From assembly GCF_001194135.2 (NCBI RefSeq), contig NC_068981.1, forward strand, positions 14,460,163 through 14,524,162: a stretch of DNA of 64,000 bases, in the 5' to 3' direction. The position numbers and the translations under genes were made by a program. Shown here piece by piece: positions 14,187 to 28,431 of the stretch (position 1 is the first letter of the stretch; each line of letters starts with the position of its first letter). The notes under the pieces are model-generated. The model did not search any database and was not told the DNA's origin. It worked only from the letters and a program-made list of their open reading frames with translations. The DNA comes from Octopus bimaculoides. Taxonomy: Eukaryota.

Positions 14187-16476
14187 TTTTTATATACAAA
14201 TATATTGAGATTTATTTACGTTCGTTTCTACATGCACAAAGAGACACACACTCGTGTACATATATATATATATATATATANNNNNNNNNNNNNNNNNNNN
14301 NNNNNNNNNNNNNNNNNNNNNNNNNNNNNNNNNNNNNNNNNNNNNNNNNNNNNNNNNNNNNNNNNNNNNNNNNNNNNNNNNNNNNNNNNNNNNNNNNNNN
14401 NNNNTATATATAAATATAAGGGAACACTTTTACGTTAGAAAGAATATCAATTATAGCCTCGGTTTCTTTCTTGGGTGCAAGCTTATCACATATCTGTGTT
14501 TGAGAACACATGTATGCTTGCTAGAAATATTTTTTTGTAGCTCATTTGTTCATACATAACAAACGTTCGAATTCCCAATTACTAATTTCCTTGTCATATT
14601 AATATGGCAGTGTCGATGAAGTAAGCTACTATGCATTTTCCTGTCGTCCATAACTTCCCGTAAATCTCATGAGTGATGGTCAATTGCATTGTTATGGTCA
14701 TTTTATAAAAAGAATAAAGGATGCTGAAAGAAATGGTCTTCAATACGCAATGGAACTATTAGCATTGGAATCGGTAGCAAAACAATTTACCCGAATTAAG
14801 TAAGAGACTTCTAGATAAACAATACATAGTCGGGTGAATGGCCGGGCCTACTAGTCTAGACAAGCTCCCAGGCCTTGGTATTGTTACTGCTGCTTTGACA
14901 AGTAGAAGTCCGTTTCTTTAGCAACATTCTATCAAAATTTGTAACCAGCGAACTCACTAGGAAAATAGCCTCTACGAAGTCTAAGTAATAGCAGCGAGTG
15001 TCCCTCAAAAGTTATCCTTGCATTATAGATTTGTTTGATATTGGGTAAAGTGAGGTTACACAAGCAGCACAATACTCTAACCACTGTAAAATTGCTGTAA
15101 TGTTTGCTCACGATTCTGATCATATTATCCCTGGAACTTTATTCATTATGGAAGTTATTGCAACACAACCATACTTGCAATTCCCTTATCACTTCTGTAT
15201 ACGTTGAAGATAAATGAATAGAAAGATACCAATAACACTGAATTAATAGAAGTTCAAATTATACTGTTTACTTTGTCATTTTTTTTATGTTCGTTCAACT
15301 AAATGGAATATGGATTGCTATACATTAATAGAATCTTAGCAGACTAGCTTGATTAAGTTCACGTTGGTTAACTGTTGATGTAGATGGAGTTTTCTACCAT
15401 CAAAGTTAATGCATTAACTAACAACACCGTTATGTTACAGAGGCATTATTTGTTAGTGCCAAAGAATTCCACTTGATTGAATCAACATTTATAGAATTGA
15501 TTGGACATGAAAGACACAATCTCACCTTCAGGCTCCATATCGCCACAAAATTAGCACAGATTACAAGCTAGTAATATAGCCTGGTCTTTAAGGATGGGGT
15601 AGCGAGAAGGAGAAGTAATAGAGAAAATAAGATCTAAAATAAAATGCCCAATAAGTTTAAATTGGCAAGATGTAACACACTATCAGTGTATTGGTAGTAT
15701 ATGATCTATGGACATCAATAAATGATCTGATGAAATGTATGGCATCGATATTCCTAATGTACTGCCGGCTTGTTATTATCTATTATACCAGAGAAACCAT
15801 CCTGTCTATAATTATCATATAACTTAATGTTGCCTTGATTTTAAATACTTAGTAATGGTACCGATCATTCATAGCGACGGAAGTCCGTGTCTTTTAAATG
15901 AAAATATAAACTAGAATAGAGTGAATTAAAATGAAATAGATACAAATATAAAATTAAAAGAAAAAGTAGAAATCTGAATAAAATTTACCTCTTTTCTATT
16001 CAAGTGTGGTGGAAGAAAAAATAGTCAGTAAACAGCAATTTCGTACATGAAATTTCTCTTTTACGATAAAGCAGCGCCATGTAGCTTTCTCTCATTCTAC
16101 TTATATCACACTAAATGTAAATACATCAACACACATAAACACGTACCTGAAAACATATCACAAAACGACTAACACAAATATTCTGATTTTTAACTGTGTG
16201 TCTATAGTTGCAAGCAAATATAACATAGTAATATGTCACATGTTTTCGCTAATTGTTTTAGATGTGAAATAGTCGGAGGCATAAAAAAACTCTCTCGGCA
16301 ACCCGGCTATCCGTTTACCGGCAGTCAAGGATACGACAGGTGAAAGGTTTAGAGTATTCTCCAGTCCAACACCATAACCACTCACCACACACCCGTATAT
16401 ACATATGTAAATTCTAACAAATGCACAGTGCTACTTACTTTCGATATTCCACTCATATGGGTGTATACCTTTATAA

Positions 16477-16477
<1 letters not shown>

Positions 16478-16521
<44 letters not shown>

Positions 16522-16557
16522 GAGATATATATAGATATATAGATAGATAGATAGATC

Positions 16558-16625
<68 letters not shown>

Positions 16626-16650
16626 TAATGTACACACACACACACATACA
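16478..16650. repeat. Compound microsatellite (TA)n-(GA)n-(TAGA)n-(CA)n
   Basis: Directly visible. Confidence 0.95.
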
Positions 16651-16720
16651 GGAAAAATTACGTGCTTATGATTCTGCCAGTTCAACGCCTCATCATAAGT
16701 AATTCTTTTATTTTCTTTCA

Positions 16721-17037
16721 TTTTTTACTTGTTGCAGTCATTAAACTACAGTCATGCTAGGGCACTGTCTGGAGGAATGTTTAGCACCTTCTTTTGACCT
16801 GTTACTTATTCTATCGCTAGGTTACGGGGACACACCAACAGCAATTGTGAAGTGGTGTGCGGGACAAACACTCACGCACATATACCCAGACAAGATGAGA
16901 TTTTTACAGTTTCCATCTACGAAATCCACTCGAAAGTCTTTGGTCACCTTGAACACACTCACGCTCTAGGTGCCACGCAGTGGTACTGAACCCGGAACCA
17001 TGTGGTTGAGATGCAATGTTCTTACACAGCCACGCCT
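16721..17037 (-). mobile_element. tRNA-derived SINE (family A), near full length, diverged
   Basis: Minus-strand head GGCGTGGCTGTGTAAG...CCGGGTTCAGTACCACTGCGTGGCACC and tail ...GACTGCAACAAGTAAAAAA; collinear with 61158-61592. Confidence 0.8.
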
Positions 17038-17474
17038 GGAATATAATTACTTTGCAAAACGAATTTGTGTTACATGTTCGTAGAATTTTTCAACTGCTTG
17101 TTACCTGTAACCAAACATGCTTTATTGATGTATACATCTATAATATGGTTTCATATGCGCTTCTCCGACGATAATATTGACCAAAGATCCAAATGATTGA
17201 TTAAGACCGCTTACGACATTTTGTTTAACATGCATATGTCAATATATATATATATATAAATACTCACATACACCCACACTGACAAACGTATATACATACT
17301 TAAAATCCTATTTTTAATAGGAGCTGATAAATAAAATGTTCTATCTGAGCGATTGTCGAAACAAGAATCTTGGAGAAGTGATTATGTGAATCATCCACTT
17401 CGAACGATCGAATAAAGAAACTATACTTCACGAATTACTTTCTGTGTATAGTTTTGTGTTTATTTCAAGATACT

Positions 17475-17725
17475 AATGCTGATGTAAATAAATTTACAGA
17501 TCATAGACGTTACTGACGTTGCATCATTTGAGCTGAATCTGTTATGAGCTTAAGTTGGGCCTGAAACGCTGTCAATTAAGAAATGCGATAAAAATTGAAA
17601 AACCAGAATGTCTTCCTGCCCAAGCTGTAAGACACCACTGTCCAAATCTGTGCAAATGAGTTGTAATGGATATTGTATTTATGGTTTGTGGAAGATTAAC
17701 TACACGTGATTTCCATTCTGTTTCA
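17475..17725 (+). repeat. ~250-bp direct repeat, copy 1
   Basis: Aligns end to end with 18413-18680, e.g. shared CCAAGCTGTAAGACACCACTGT and ATGGATATTGTATTTATGGTTTGTGG; one 16-nt indel. Confidence 0.9.
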
Positions 17726-18412
17726 GTAGCTTATAGGGGTAATAAAGGAAGCAGAAGGTTTAGAATATCGTTAAGGATTTTGCATCCATCTATTTGGTAA
17801 TGAAGATGGATTACTTGCTGTTACGAACAAGGCATAATCAGTACTGTTCTTTCAGTTGAATAGCATTAAAAATTGAACTGCCATTCTGTGGTCGTTCATT
17901 TTTATTTTCTTTTGCATGTGTATATACTTTTAAGGAAATGCAAAATATCAATACTACTTCATCCAAACCAAAGATGATCTATTACTGACTACATGAATAT
18001 TAAAAAATTATTGACGAACAAAACAAGTAAATTTCCTTCTCACATATATTCGCTATTTCCTTACCTCTGTCTTACTTTCTCATTCTCTATCCCGCCCTCT
18101 CTCACTGCAAATATACAGTACTAAGTTCTTGAAGCGGACTGGTCTCAACCACCATGCACACAAGTATTCTTAAAACGCTCATCTTTCCTCATATCACCAG
18201 TTATATCTTGTCCGTCCTGTACGCAATGATCAAGCCTTTACGCCTAGGAAATCACTGCACAGGTTCAGCTCTCTGGGATGCTCGTGTTGCGTTTGTTTTC
18301 TTTACAAGCAAGGGGCTTTCTACCGTTTAAGACAAACCTAAACTGAATGAATCACAGCAAAATTGTGAACGGGTCCTTCCACACAACGCCTTTGTGTTTA
18401 TGTCAATATATT

Positions 18413-18680
18413 AATGGTGATGTGAATATATTTACAGATCACAGACGTTACTGATGGTGGTTGTATTTGACTACACATCATTTGAGCTGAATCCGTTATG
18501 AGCTCATGTTGGGTCTGAAACGCTGTTAATTAAGAAATGCAATAACAATTGAAAAATCAGAATGTCTTCGTGTCCAAGCTGTAAGACACCACTGTACAAA
18601 TCTGTACAATTGAGTTGAAATGGATATTGTATTTATGGTTTGTGGTAGATTACTAACACGTGATTTTCATTCTATTTTAG
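18413..18680 (+). repeat. ~265-bp direct repeat, copy 2
   Basis: See copy 1 at 17475-17725; about 690 bp of unrelated sequence separates them. Confidence 0.9.
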
Positions 18681-19146
18681 GAGCTGGCTACACTGATCTA
18701 TATACATGTGTTCACATAATTATCAAAGTGAGTAATATTTTGTATACAAGTTTGTTCAACTCAAAATATGTAAGAAAACATATGGTTATTCCTGGATATT
18801 TAGCATATATTGAGTATATACAAAAACACAGAAAGAGGGGCATATCTAGTATCTAATATTCAATAATATGAACAGATGAATAAGCATGAATATATTGACG
18901 TAGACAACCTACTTCAAATATATATGCAGATATAAACGCTGTGTTAAAATTTATACATTTTACAGATGCTTAATCCTCACTGATTGTAGCATGACACTTC
19001 TTACATATAAATTAATATTTAAATGCACAAGGCCGTATGTGTGTGCGTGTATATAACGAACCAGAAAAGTAGCACATGAAGGGTATAATAAATTTATTCG
19101 TCTAATGCTACATATTTCTACGTATATGGTTTATGCCGAAATAATA

Positions 19147-19303
19147 CTTGGTTCGACTGGAAAATATCAGGCACTTCCAGAATTTATGAAATTGTGACAC
19201 CGTTAAACTGTCACTATGATACTGACACTACACAAAGCGTTGTGACCAACGTGGGGTGCTGCCATAAAAGAAATACTGGTGAGATATTTATTTGGCTGCT
19301 TCA
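19147..19303 (+). repeat. ~155-bp dispersed repeat, copy 1
   Basis: Homologous to 21231-21386 (GGTTCGA...CACTTCC...CGTGGGGT(G/A)CTGCCATAAAAGAAATA...TTTGGCTGCTT). Confidence 0.8.
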
Positions 19304-19839
19304 CTTTACGTGCGCGCGCGCGTGTATGTGCGTACACGCGTTTGTGAATGTACGTGTTGGTATAGGAAAATGTGCGTGTACTTCACCGATGTGCTATATC
19401 GAAAGGAATATGCAAATCCTGTGTGAGTTATGTCTTCTCGTGTGATTTTATTTTTGTGTAGCGCTGCCTGACATCCAACTAGAAAGTCAGCTGATTTCTC
19501 TACTGTAATTACAGAAGCGGTAGTAACCTTTATGTGTCCTCTTTCCCATTACAACTCATGTGCAAATACGTATGATTTCCATTCTCTTATGCTTCCTTTC
19601 ACTGTCTGTCTGTCTTTCTCTCTCTCCCAATTTCTGAGACACGTCCACTCAATGCATAGCTCCTTAACTATCTTTTGGTAATTAAGGCAACGTTATTTAA
19701 TTATATAATATACAGCGCAAAGTTTACAATGGCAAATAAATATCTGTATACAAACATATATTCCCTACATATTTGCAAAAGTAAATTTACACGCAAAAGC
19801 AAATTATTTCCATACATATGTTGTATATATGTATATGTT

Positions 19840-19846
<7 letters not shown>

Positions 19847-19923
<77 letters not shown>
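19847..19923. repeat. (GA)n microsatellite
   Basis: Directly visible perfect run; source of the RERERE and LSLSLS spurious ORFs. Confidence 0.97.
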
Positions 19924-19927
<4 letters not shown>

Positions 19928-21230
19928 TATTTTAAGGACACATAAACATATGCATGCGTATATGTATACAAACACATATCCTAACGCATATTACCACAGA
20001 AGCAATAGCGGCACAAGTTCTTTAGTATTTGGAATATTTGTGCGTGTGTATGCTTGTGCATGCGCGTATGTGTACTATATCTAAGATACAAAAGTGTTCT
20101 TATTTTATGTTGTAAATGAAAGCACGCTCATCCTTTCATTAGTCCCTTTTAATATAGTTTAGAAGCATAAATTTCTCAAGTAGCGAACACTTCAAGAGTT
20201 CCTTCACCTCATCTTCTGAATGTAGTGATGTGCATAATCCTTCCATTTTGCGTTCGGATTTTTTTCCTTTTTTTTCACTCTTGCACTATACACTAAGAAA
20301 GCAAAAAAATTACTTGTAACATAAATTTCCTTGCTTAACTTTTCTCTTTTACCTAATATCTTAGTATATTCTACATGACCTCTTTGCCTGTGTTGATGTT
20401 TGATGTGCGTTTTCTAGCCAAACGCATCTATATTACGTTCAATGATACTGAATGTCTTAGAATGTTAACAGATTTATTTTACCAACTGAAAACATAACAT
20501 GGACATAAGGTTTATACATACTTGGATGTATATATTTGTACGTATACATATATACTCTATATGTGTCTATATGTGTGTGAAGAGAAACAGAGTGAATGAA
20601 TGGAGAATTATATATATATAAACATTTATATATGGCAAAGTATAGGTAGTTTCCAAAAAAACTAAAGAATGCTGTCCAGATCTGTTCAAAATATTTGTTT
20701 TTGAATATCTCTTCTAAGTTTTACATGCACAATATAGCAGTTTATTTACAAAGTATTTAATCACCCACAAAATCTTGAAACTCAGTAGATATTTACCTAA
20801 GCAGAATAGAAATACTGATGTCATATACCTAACAGAATGTATATAAGAATATTAACTGTATCGTACAAAGAGAAGAAAAGAGGCCTCATATGAAGGAAAT
20901 ACACTTAGTTATAATTTTAACATAAGGAATATGCATAGAATAAGAAAAAAAAATCTCGTTTAAATGTGATGCTAAATCACATCGCCTACGTGTAACAAAA
21001 TATACAAAGTGTTATACTTAGCAAAATTTAATCTAACGTATTGAATTTATAGTCTGTAAAAATTACAAGAAGCAGAGAAGATTCAGACGAAATATTTTAT
21101 AGTATATATTTGAGCCGGTCTTATCTAATATAATCAATTTCAATACAATTAATTTTTCAATCCCATAACTGCTCAGTTCCATTTCGACTCATTATTTCTT
21201 GGGTCTATATGTTATGTAATATGAACGTAC

Positions 21231-21386
21231 TGGGTTCGAAGGAACAAGGTCAGACACTTCCTGAAGTAAAGAAACTGTGACCGTATTAAACTCTCACTAT
21301 TCAATTGACACGACACAATGTATTGTGATCATCGTGGGGTACTGCCATAAAAGAAATATATGCGAAATGTCTCTTTGGCTGCTTAA
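21231..21386 (+). repeat. ~155-bp dispersed repeat, copy 2
   Basis: See 19147-19303. Confidence 0.8.
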
Positions 21387-23149
21387 CCTGATATGATTAT
21401 AAACAAAATCAGATCATGTTTGGAGAAATAAAAAAAATTAAGATTGGTTTATGCTTGATCACATTTCATCGATCTTCGTTGATCTACTCTTCAACAACAA
21501 AAGCAGCGAATCAGACAAGCAAAATTGCCGTCACACTATCAAAATATGCAACGAGTCATACAAGCAAAATTTTGAATAACGTGCGATGTTTTCGTCTTGG
21601 AAGTGAACTTAACATATATGATGAAATAAACCTACCTACCTAGCTACATACATGTATGCATGAGTACGCATTCATATATCTATGTATGTAATTTTATTTC
21701 AATGTAAATCTAAAATATATTTAGTAGGAATTCAATTTATTTTATAATATATGTCTCCTGGGGAATAGTGACTCGCGAGGTTCAAATAAAGCTATAAAAA
21801 ACAGCATGTAAATATTGAAACGATAAATTATTTTGGGTAGAAAAAGTCGAAGGCTACTCATGAGACTGGAACCTACATTTCCTGTAGACTTGACAATCAT
21901 TGTACAATATAAACGTTTTAGTTGAAAATTAGCACTCTCGTTCACATACTTTTGAATCTTGGATCGAGCGAAAGCTTACACATTTTACTCTCAAATAATA
22001 ATTCTTTATTTATAATTATAACACTTTAAGCAATCATATACACAACTAATACAAACAATTTTGTTTTGATAGCAGTGTCTCAGGATTGAAACAAATTTTC
22101 AGTGATATAAATTTTTGATATCACCATTTCATAAAATGTAGAGCAGATGAGCAGGTAATGTGTTATCAGCATCTGGTTAGGTTTGTGTCAATTGTTTGGT
22201 GTTGTGTTAAGCTATTCAAGAATATAAAGTGTGAAAAACCGTAAATAATATGATATGTTATTAGAAATGTTATATAGACCAAAGTCACTTTATGTAATAT
22301 GGCCCTTGCGAATAAATTGTATGGTGTATTAGATATATATGAACTGGTTGAGATAAGTATGTCGTTGGGAATAACTGTTGAATTATGAATAGTAAATATA
22401 TCAGAATATGATTACAAAATCAAAATATGAGAGTTGCGTTTGATTTTACCAGCTTTGATCCGAAGTTTGGTTGTACTAAGACAATGGCGCATAATAGGAA
22501 GAAAAGTGGTATCACAGGAATAAAAGTGAAGAAATACAAATAAGAATCACTATGTAATCGAACGCAGCTTTCAATCGTAGTTTCCGCTCTGGTTATCAAA
22601 CGCAAGCACACTAACACAAGCAAGGGTCTTTATGTATTATGTTTTGCATGCCCACGTGTAGAGGTACAAGTTACTTATTTGTGTACATGTGTACATCACT
22701 GTTTATCAATGACTAGCTGTGAATAAAAACACTATGATTACAGTTCTGTAAGAAAGAGAAATCAATTTTATATTAATGAATATCAAAATACAACAGTGAA
22801 AGAAATATCGTGACTATAAGAGAAATTTAAATAAATACAAGTATCAATGAAATTGAAAAAAAAAAAATGTGAAATAAGAATATAAGTGGAAGTATATGCA
22901 GCTGCAGACAGTTTAACATTAGCGGAAGTTGCAGCAGATTTAGCGGAAGTTGCAGCAGATTTTGTTGTTGAATTTGGTAGACTAATGAATATGTTGAGTG
23001 AAAAATGTTGTTGGTCATGTTAAATGTTGTTTACAATTGCAAGAAGAAGAATATGTACTACAACAGTAACTAGAACGGGGATAGCGATAACACCATATGT
23101 GAGATTAGTGTTTTGAAAATTAATCTTGTAAATTTTTGCTAAGGATCGA

Positions 23150-23360
23150 AATGGTACTGCTGAGGGTGAAAATGCTGAGGGGATACATTGTTATGATGAT
23201 AATGATGATGACGGGTACGACGACGATGATGATGACGATGATTGTAGTACTGTTGCTGATGATGATGATAAGGAATGGGATAATGATAATGATAATATTT
23301 CTGATCGATATGAGGTTCATCATGGTAATTAAAAAAATGACGATGATTGAGATGAATTCT
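23150..23360. repeat. Degenerate (GAT/GAC)n low-complexity tract
   Basis: Directly visible; source of the MMMT-rich and IIIV-rich spurious ORFs. Confidence 0.85.
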
Positions 23361-23959
23361 TAAGTTAGATATATAACTAAAAAAGAAAGATAAAAGAAGC
23401 TAGGTTCGTGGGGTGTTCAAATAACTTTTGTTAACAAGCGCATGCACATTTTACACTCACAGATAGGACAAATAGCCCGATCTCCCAAGTGAGTATATAT
23501 TCGTCAATGTATGTTTAAAAATTTGTATTTCACACGTAGCACTGAAAAAAAGATATTTCATTAGCTACCCACCCCATGTCATTTTGTCTGACTACTATTT
23601 ATCTTATACTCATATTATCGCTGTCCTTGTATATTTATCTCTATCACCCCTACACCAACTCTCTTAGATCTTGCGCGTTTTGCCCCTATTAACTGAGGTG
23701 AGTATTTAAATCCAATACGGTAACGTTCAGTTAGTCTGTATATTCAGTTGTACATACTATATGAAATACAAGAAAAAGTGAATCTGTGATATGCTTTAGA
23801 ACATTAAGTAAATAAGAAACAGGTGGATTAAGTTTTAACATAACTACAGAATTTGATCGTGATCAAAATCAGTGCTCAGCTGAGAACAGCTACATGTTCA
23901 ACCTTTGCTGCGGTAATTCATACAATACATCCATTATTTTAATTCGAATAGATTTAGAA

Positions 23960-24003
<44 letters not shown>

Positions 24004-24829
24004 GTATGCACGATGGGTTTCTTTTTAGTGATTAAGGACATCATTCACAAATTTCAATATACTTCAATTTTAGAGTACAATTTTAGTGAGTAGGCAGAAA
24101 CATCTATTTCAGAAGCAACAAACCTGACCGTTTCAAAATTTTCTAGACTAGTTGAGCGCCATTCTACCATGTGTATACATACTCAGACACATATGTGGGA
24201 TGCCTGCATATTATGTTGCAGGATGCTTCAAAAGCACATGACAATTATTGCTGCAATATTAATGTACTAATAAAAAAGTATAATATTAATATTCATGTTA
24301 ATTTTATTAGTGTATGTTGCACAAAAAAGCTTATACGTTTTAATATTATTCATTATGCTCATATCACACAGAGTAATGTGTATATACGTAAATGTAAGCA
24401 TGTATGTGGACGAATGCAACGATATATTAATTGCGCATAAACATACAATTAGACAAACACACGAATACACAGATGCACACACAGATACACACACAGATAC
24501 ACACACACACAAATATTTATTTCAGCTTATGAGAATTTCATGCATGTTTCGCTGATGGAGAATCAATAATCTACACAAGAATATATTCTATTAATATAGT
24601 AACACTAGGAAGAAGTCAATGTTATACGCAAGGTCAAAGAAAGCAAATACTGACTAAATGGTAAACATTTATCAAAGCAGCAAGCACCAATATTGCAAAT
24701 ATAGGAAAATTATCAGCAAACTAAGATTTAACATGGTACTAAGTACCGTAAACTACAATAATGATTGTAATATATTTTAGTGGCGTTGTAAAAGTTTTGC
24801 TATGGAAATGGCATATACCCGCATCTCTC

Positions 24830-24894
<65 letters not shown>

Positions 24895-25067
24895 ATATAT
24901 ATATATATATATATAAAAGCATCAGTGTTCATAAAATCTCATGATTGCATTTCCTAAGCTATAAATGTAAAAGCTAAAGCATATATATATATGTGTCTAT
25001 ATATATATGTCTATATAAGCATATGTATATTTGTATATAAGCATCTATATATGTGTATGTATGTATG

Positions 25068-25098
<31 letters not shown>

Positions 25099-25341
25099 TT
25101 ATATGCACATATGTTTTTATGAAAATATAAAGAATTTAAAAAGAGGCATTTAAATTAAGCCATAGTGCCTTATAGGCATCTTCTTGGTATACAAACATAC
25201 GATGTGCTACTACATGTACACACGTGGACAATGCTTAAAACCTTATCAGGGATGTCGTCTCCCTCAAAAAACAACAAAAACAATCTCTTAAACATTTATT
25301 CTGAATCTTCATATATAGGCATATCGTATAGAGACGTGAAA

Positions 25342-25400
<59 letters not shown>

Positions 25401-26339
25401 GGGAAGAGCTGGATAGATAAATATGTGTGTATGTATGAGTTTGTGTACATATTATTGTATATAGAGAAACGATCATATATGTGTATATACAAGCATATGA
25501 TTATACATACATACATACATACATGCATATATATATATATATATATATANNNNNNNNNNNNNNNNNNNNNNNNNNNNNNNNNNNNNNNNNNNNNNNNNNN
25601 NNNNNNNNNNNNNNNNNNNNNNNNNNNNNNNNNNNNNNNNNNNNNNNNNNNNNNNNNNNNNNNNNNNNNNNNNNNNNNNNNNNNNNNNNNNNNNNNNNNN
25701 NNNNNNNNNNNNNNNNNNNNNNNNNNNNNNNNNNNNNNNNNNNNNNNNNNNNNNNNNNNNNNNNNNNNNNNNNNNNNNNNNNNNNNNNNNNNNNNNNNNN
25801 NNNNNNNNNNNNNNNNNNNNNNNNNNNNNNNNNNNNNNNNNNNNNNNNNNNNNNNNNNNNNNNNNNNNNNNNNNNNNNNNNNNNNNNNNNNNNNNNNNNN
25901 NNNNNNNNNNNNNNNNNNNNNNNNNNNNNNNNNNNNNNNNNNNNNNNNNNNNNNNNNNNNNNNNNNNNNNNNNNNNNNNNNNNNNNNNNNNNNNNNNNNN
26001 NNNNNNNNNNNNNNNNNNNNNNNNNNNNNNNNNNNNNNNNNNNNNNNNNNNNNNNNNNNNNNNNNNNNNNNNNNNNNNNNNNNNNNNNNNNNNNNNNNNN
26101 NNNNNNNNNNNNNNNNNNNNNNNNNNNNNNNNNNNNNNNNNNNNNNNNNNNNNNNNNNNNNNNNNNNNNNNNNNNNNNNNNNNNNNNNNNNNNNNNNNNN
26201 NNNNNNNNNNNNNNNNNNNNNNNNNNNNNNNNNNNNNNNNNNNNNNNNNNNNNNNNNNNNNNNNNNNNNNNNNNNNNNNNNNNNNNNNNNNNNNNNNNNN
26301 NNNNNNNNNNNNNNNNNNNNNNNNNNNNNNNNNNNNNNN

Positions 26340-26384
<45 letters not shown>

Positions 26385-27299
26385 GATTTACAAAAAAAGA
26401 CAAAATTCAATTTTACATGTATATATATATATATATCTTTGAATTTTGCTACACGTAATAATATTGTAGATGCTTCTATTCTCACTTACACACACTTATA
26501 GTTGCATATGAACACTTATCTATGTATCTATCTATATTCCTACCTACCTATATACATAGGCCCACGTATTAACGGGTAAGACAGACAGACAATTGAATTA
26601 TTTGATAAATAATGTACTTGATCCTCTCCAGATTTTCTATAACCAAAGCTGAACATATACCACGACCTTATTACTTCTGGTTTGGAACTACTTCAATTCT
26701 CAATAGCTACTTCCTCACTACACATCACATGTGAGGCCCATAACGCTGTCCTCCATGTAATTTGTGTGATGATCTTGCTACGGAATCAGCACTATATTCT
26801 GTATTCCTAAAAATGAGACCTCAATTTGTTGGAAAATTCTTTGTCACTAATTCACATTTTCAGTTCAGCGTTGTGTTGTTTCTTGATTCTGAATATTTTA
26901 ATAAATAATTGTATTTTTCCTACTCCTTTTGCTCCTGGAAATCAAGCAGCCCCGACTAACTAATACTGTCTTATCGTTATACATTTATTAGATCCCTAGC
27001 CATAAGTTTACTCCCTGCCGTCCTTTCCCCAGCTAGTGTTGGCGCTTTACAGTTTTCCTCTTTGCAGTTTACTATGCAGTGCCTGGTCAAGAGAAGTGGT
27101 AACTGCGCGTCACTTTCATGAGTCTGAGGGCTATAATATCTGCGGGCCCACTTCACCAGTCAGACCAAACCGATTACTACTACCACTTGTAGTAGTAGTA
27201 AAAGAACAAAAAAATCCTATTGATGATTGGTATCTTTATATAAGTTTTATATATATATATATATATATTATATTTCTTTATATAATTCATTTTATTAAT

Positions 27300-28420
27300 A
27301 ATAATGATGTTAGCGATGATGATCATGAAAGTCGTGAGAAGGATTGATGAGGATGGTGATGGTGACAATGATGATGGTAATGCGGTTAGCAATAAGGAGG
27401 TCGAGAATGGTGAAGATGTAACATTGATGAGTATGTAGACGATAGTGGAGATAGGAATACTCGTCATAAGTATATGGTGCACCAGCATGGCCGCAGCCAC
27501 TTGGCTGAAACACATAAATAAATAAATATATGGTGTTCATAACGATTGTGTTTGCATTCAAGGTGGTGTTGGGGGTTTAAAGTTGTTTGAAATTAGGGTT
27601 GTTGAAATGATGACTTCCATATACTTATTTATTACTAGAAGTGAAAGCGCTGATTGCGGTGGAGCATTTTCGTAATGCTCTGATATTATTGTATGAGACA
27701 GTGGTGGTAAAGGTGACGTTGTGTTTCTGGTGGGAGTGATAATGATATTGCGCTGTTGGTCGTTATGATAGTGTAACAAGGTGGTGTTATATTGTTGCAG
27801 CTATAGTGACGGTGATTGCAGTTTGTAGGCTTTTTGTGTACTACCGGTGAGGATACTTCTCGGCAGTGTTGGCGCTGAGTATGAAAGACTATTTTCATGG
27901 AAGTAGTTATGATATTTCTGTTAGTGGTGTTGGTAGAGTATGTTATGTACATATTGTTAATGTTGGCTATAATGAATGTGTTGGTAGTGATAATAAGGAT
28001 TGTAGGTGGGTATTTCGGTGATGACTATTATATTGTTGTTGGTTATTATATATGAGTTGTGTGGGTGATAATTATCATTGTCATTACAAGCATAATAGCT
28101 CTGGTGTCATTGTTGACGCTTATACCAACTAACCTAGAAGTGTTGTTATAGTTGCCGGTGGAATTGATGTTAGTGTATTCTGGGATTGTTTATTATTATT
28201 TTTTTTTTATTCATTACCATTTGTACTTGTGTAGGTTTCCTAAGCTATTACTGATCATCTTGTTATTGTTGTATTTATTCTCCCCACTTGCTGCTGCCGC
28301 CTCTGCTGCAGCTTCCGCTACTGCTTCCACTGCTGCTGGTTTCTATATTATTACATCCTTCTGATGTTACTATTTATTACTAGTGTGGTGTTGTTGGTAT
28401 TGTTATTGTTATGGCGGTGT
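27300..28420. repeat. Degenerate trinucleotide-rich tract (GAT/GGT/GTT/GCT) at the start of the intron following the signal exon
   Basis: Directly visible period-3 low complexity with frequent stops in all frames. Confidence 0.8.
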
Positions 28421-28431
28421 GTTCTACTCAC

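Noticed and set aside
14790-15200. GC-richer block with a good minus-strand acceptor near 15195 and ORF 14932-15123
   Set aside because: All three frames close within 20 codons of the acceptor; probably a decayed element.
22919-22960. 21-nt tandem duplication TTAGCGGAAGTTGCAGCAGAT x2
   Set aside because: Only two units with no spacers; simple slippage duplication, not CRISPR-like.
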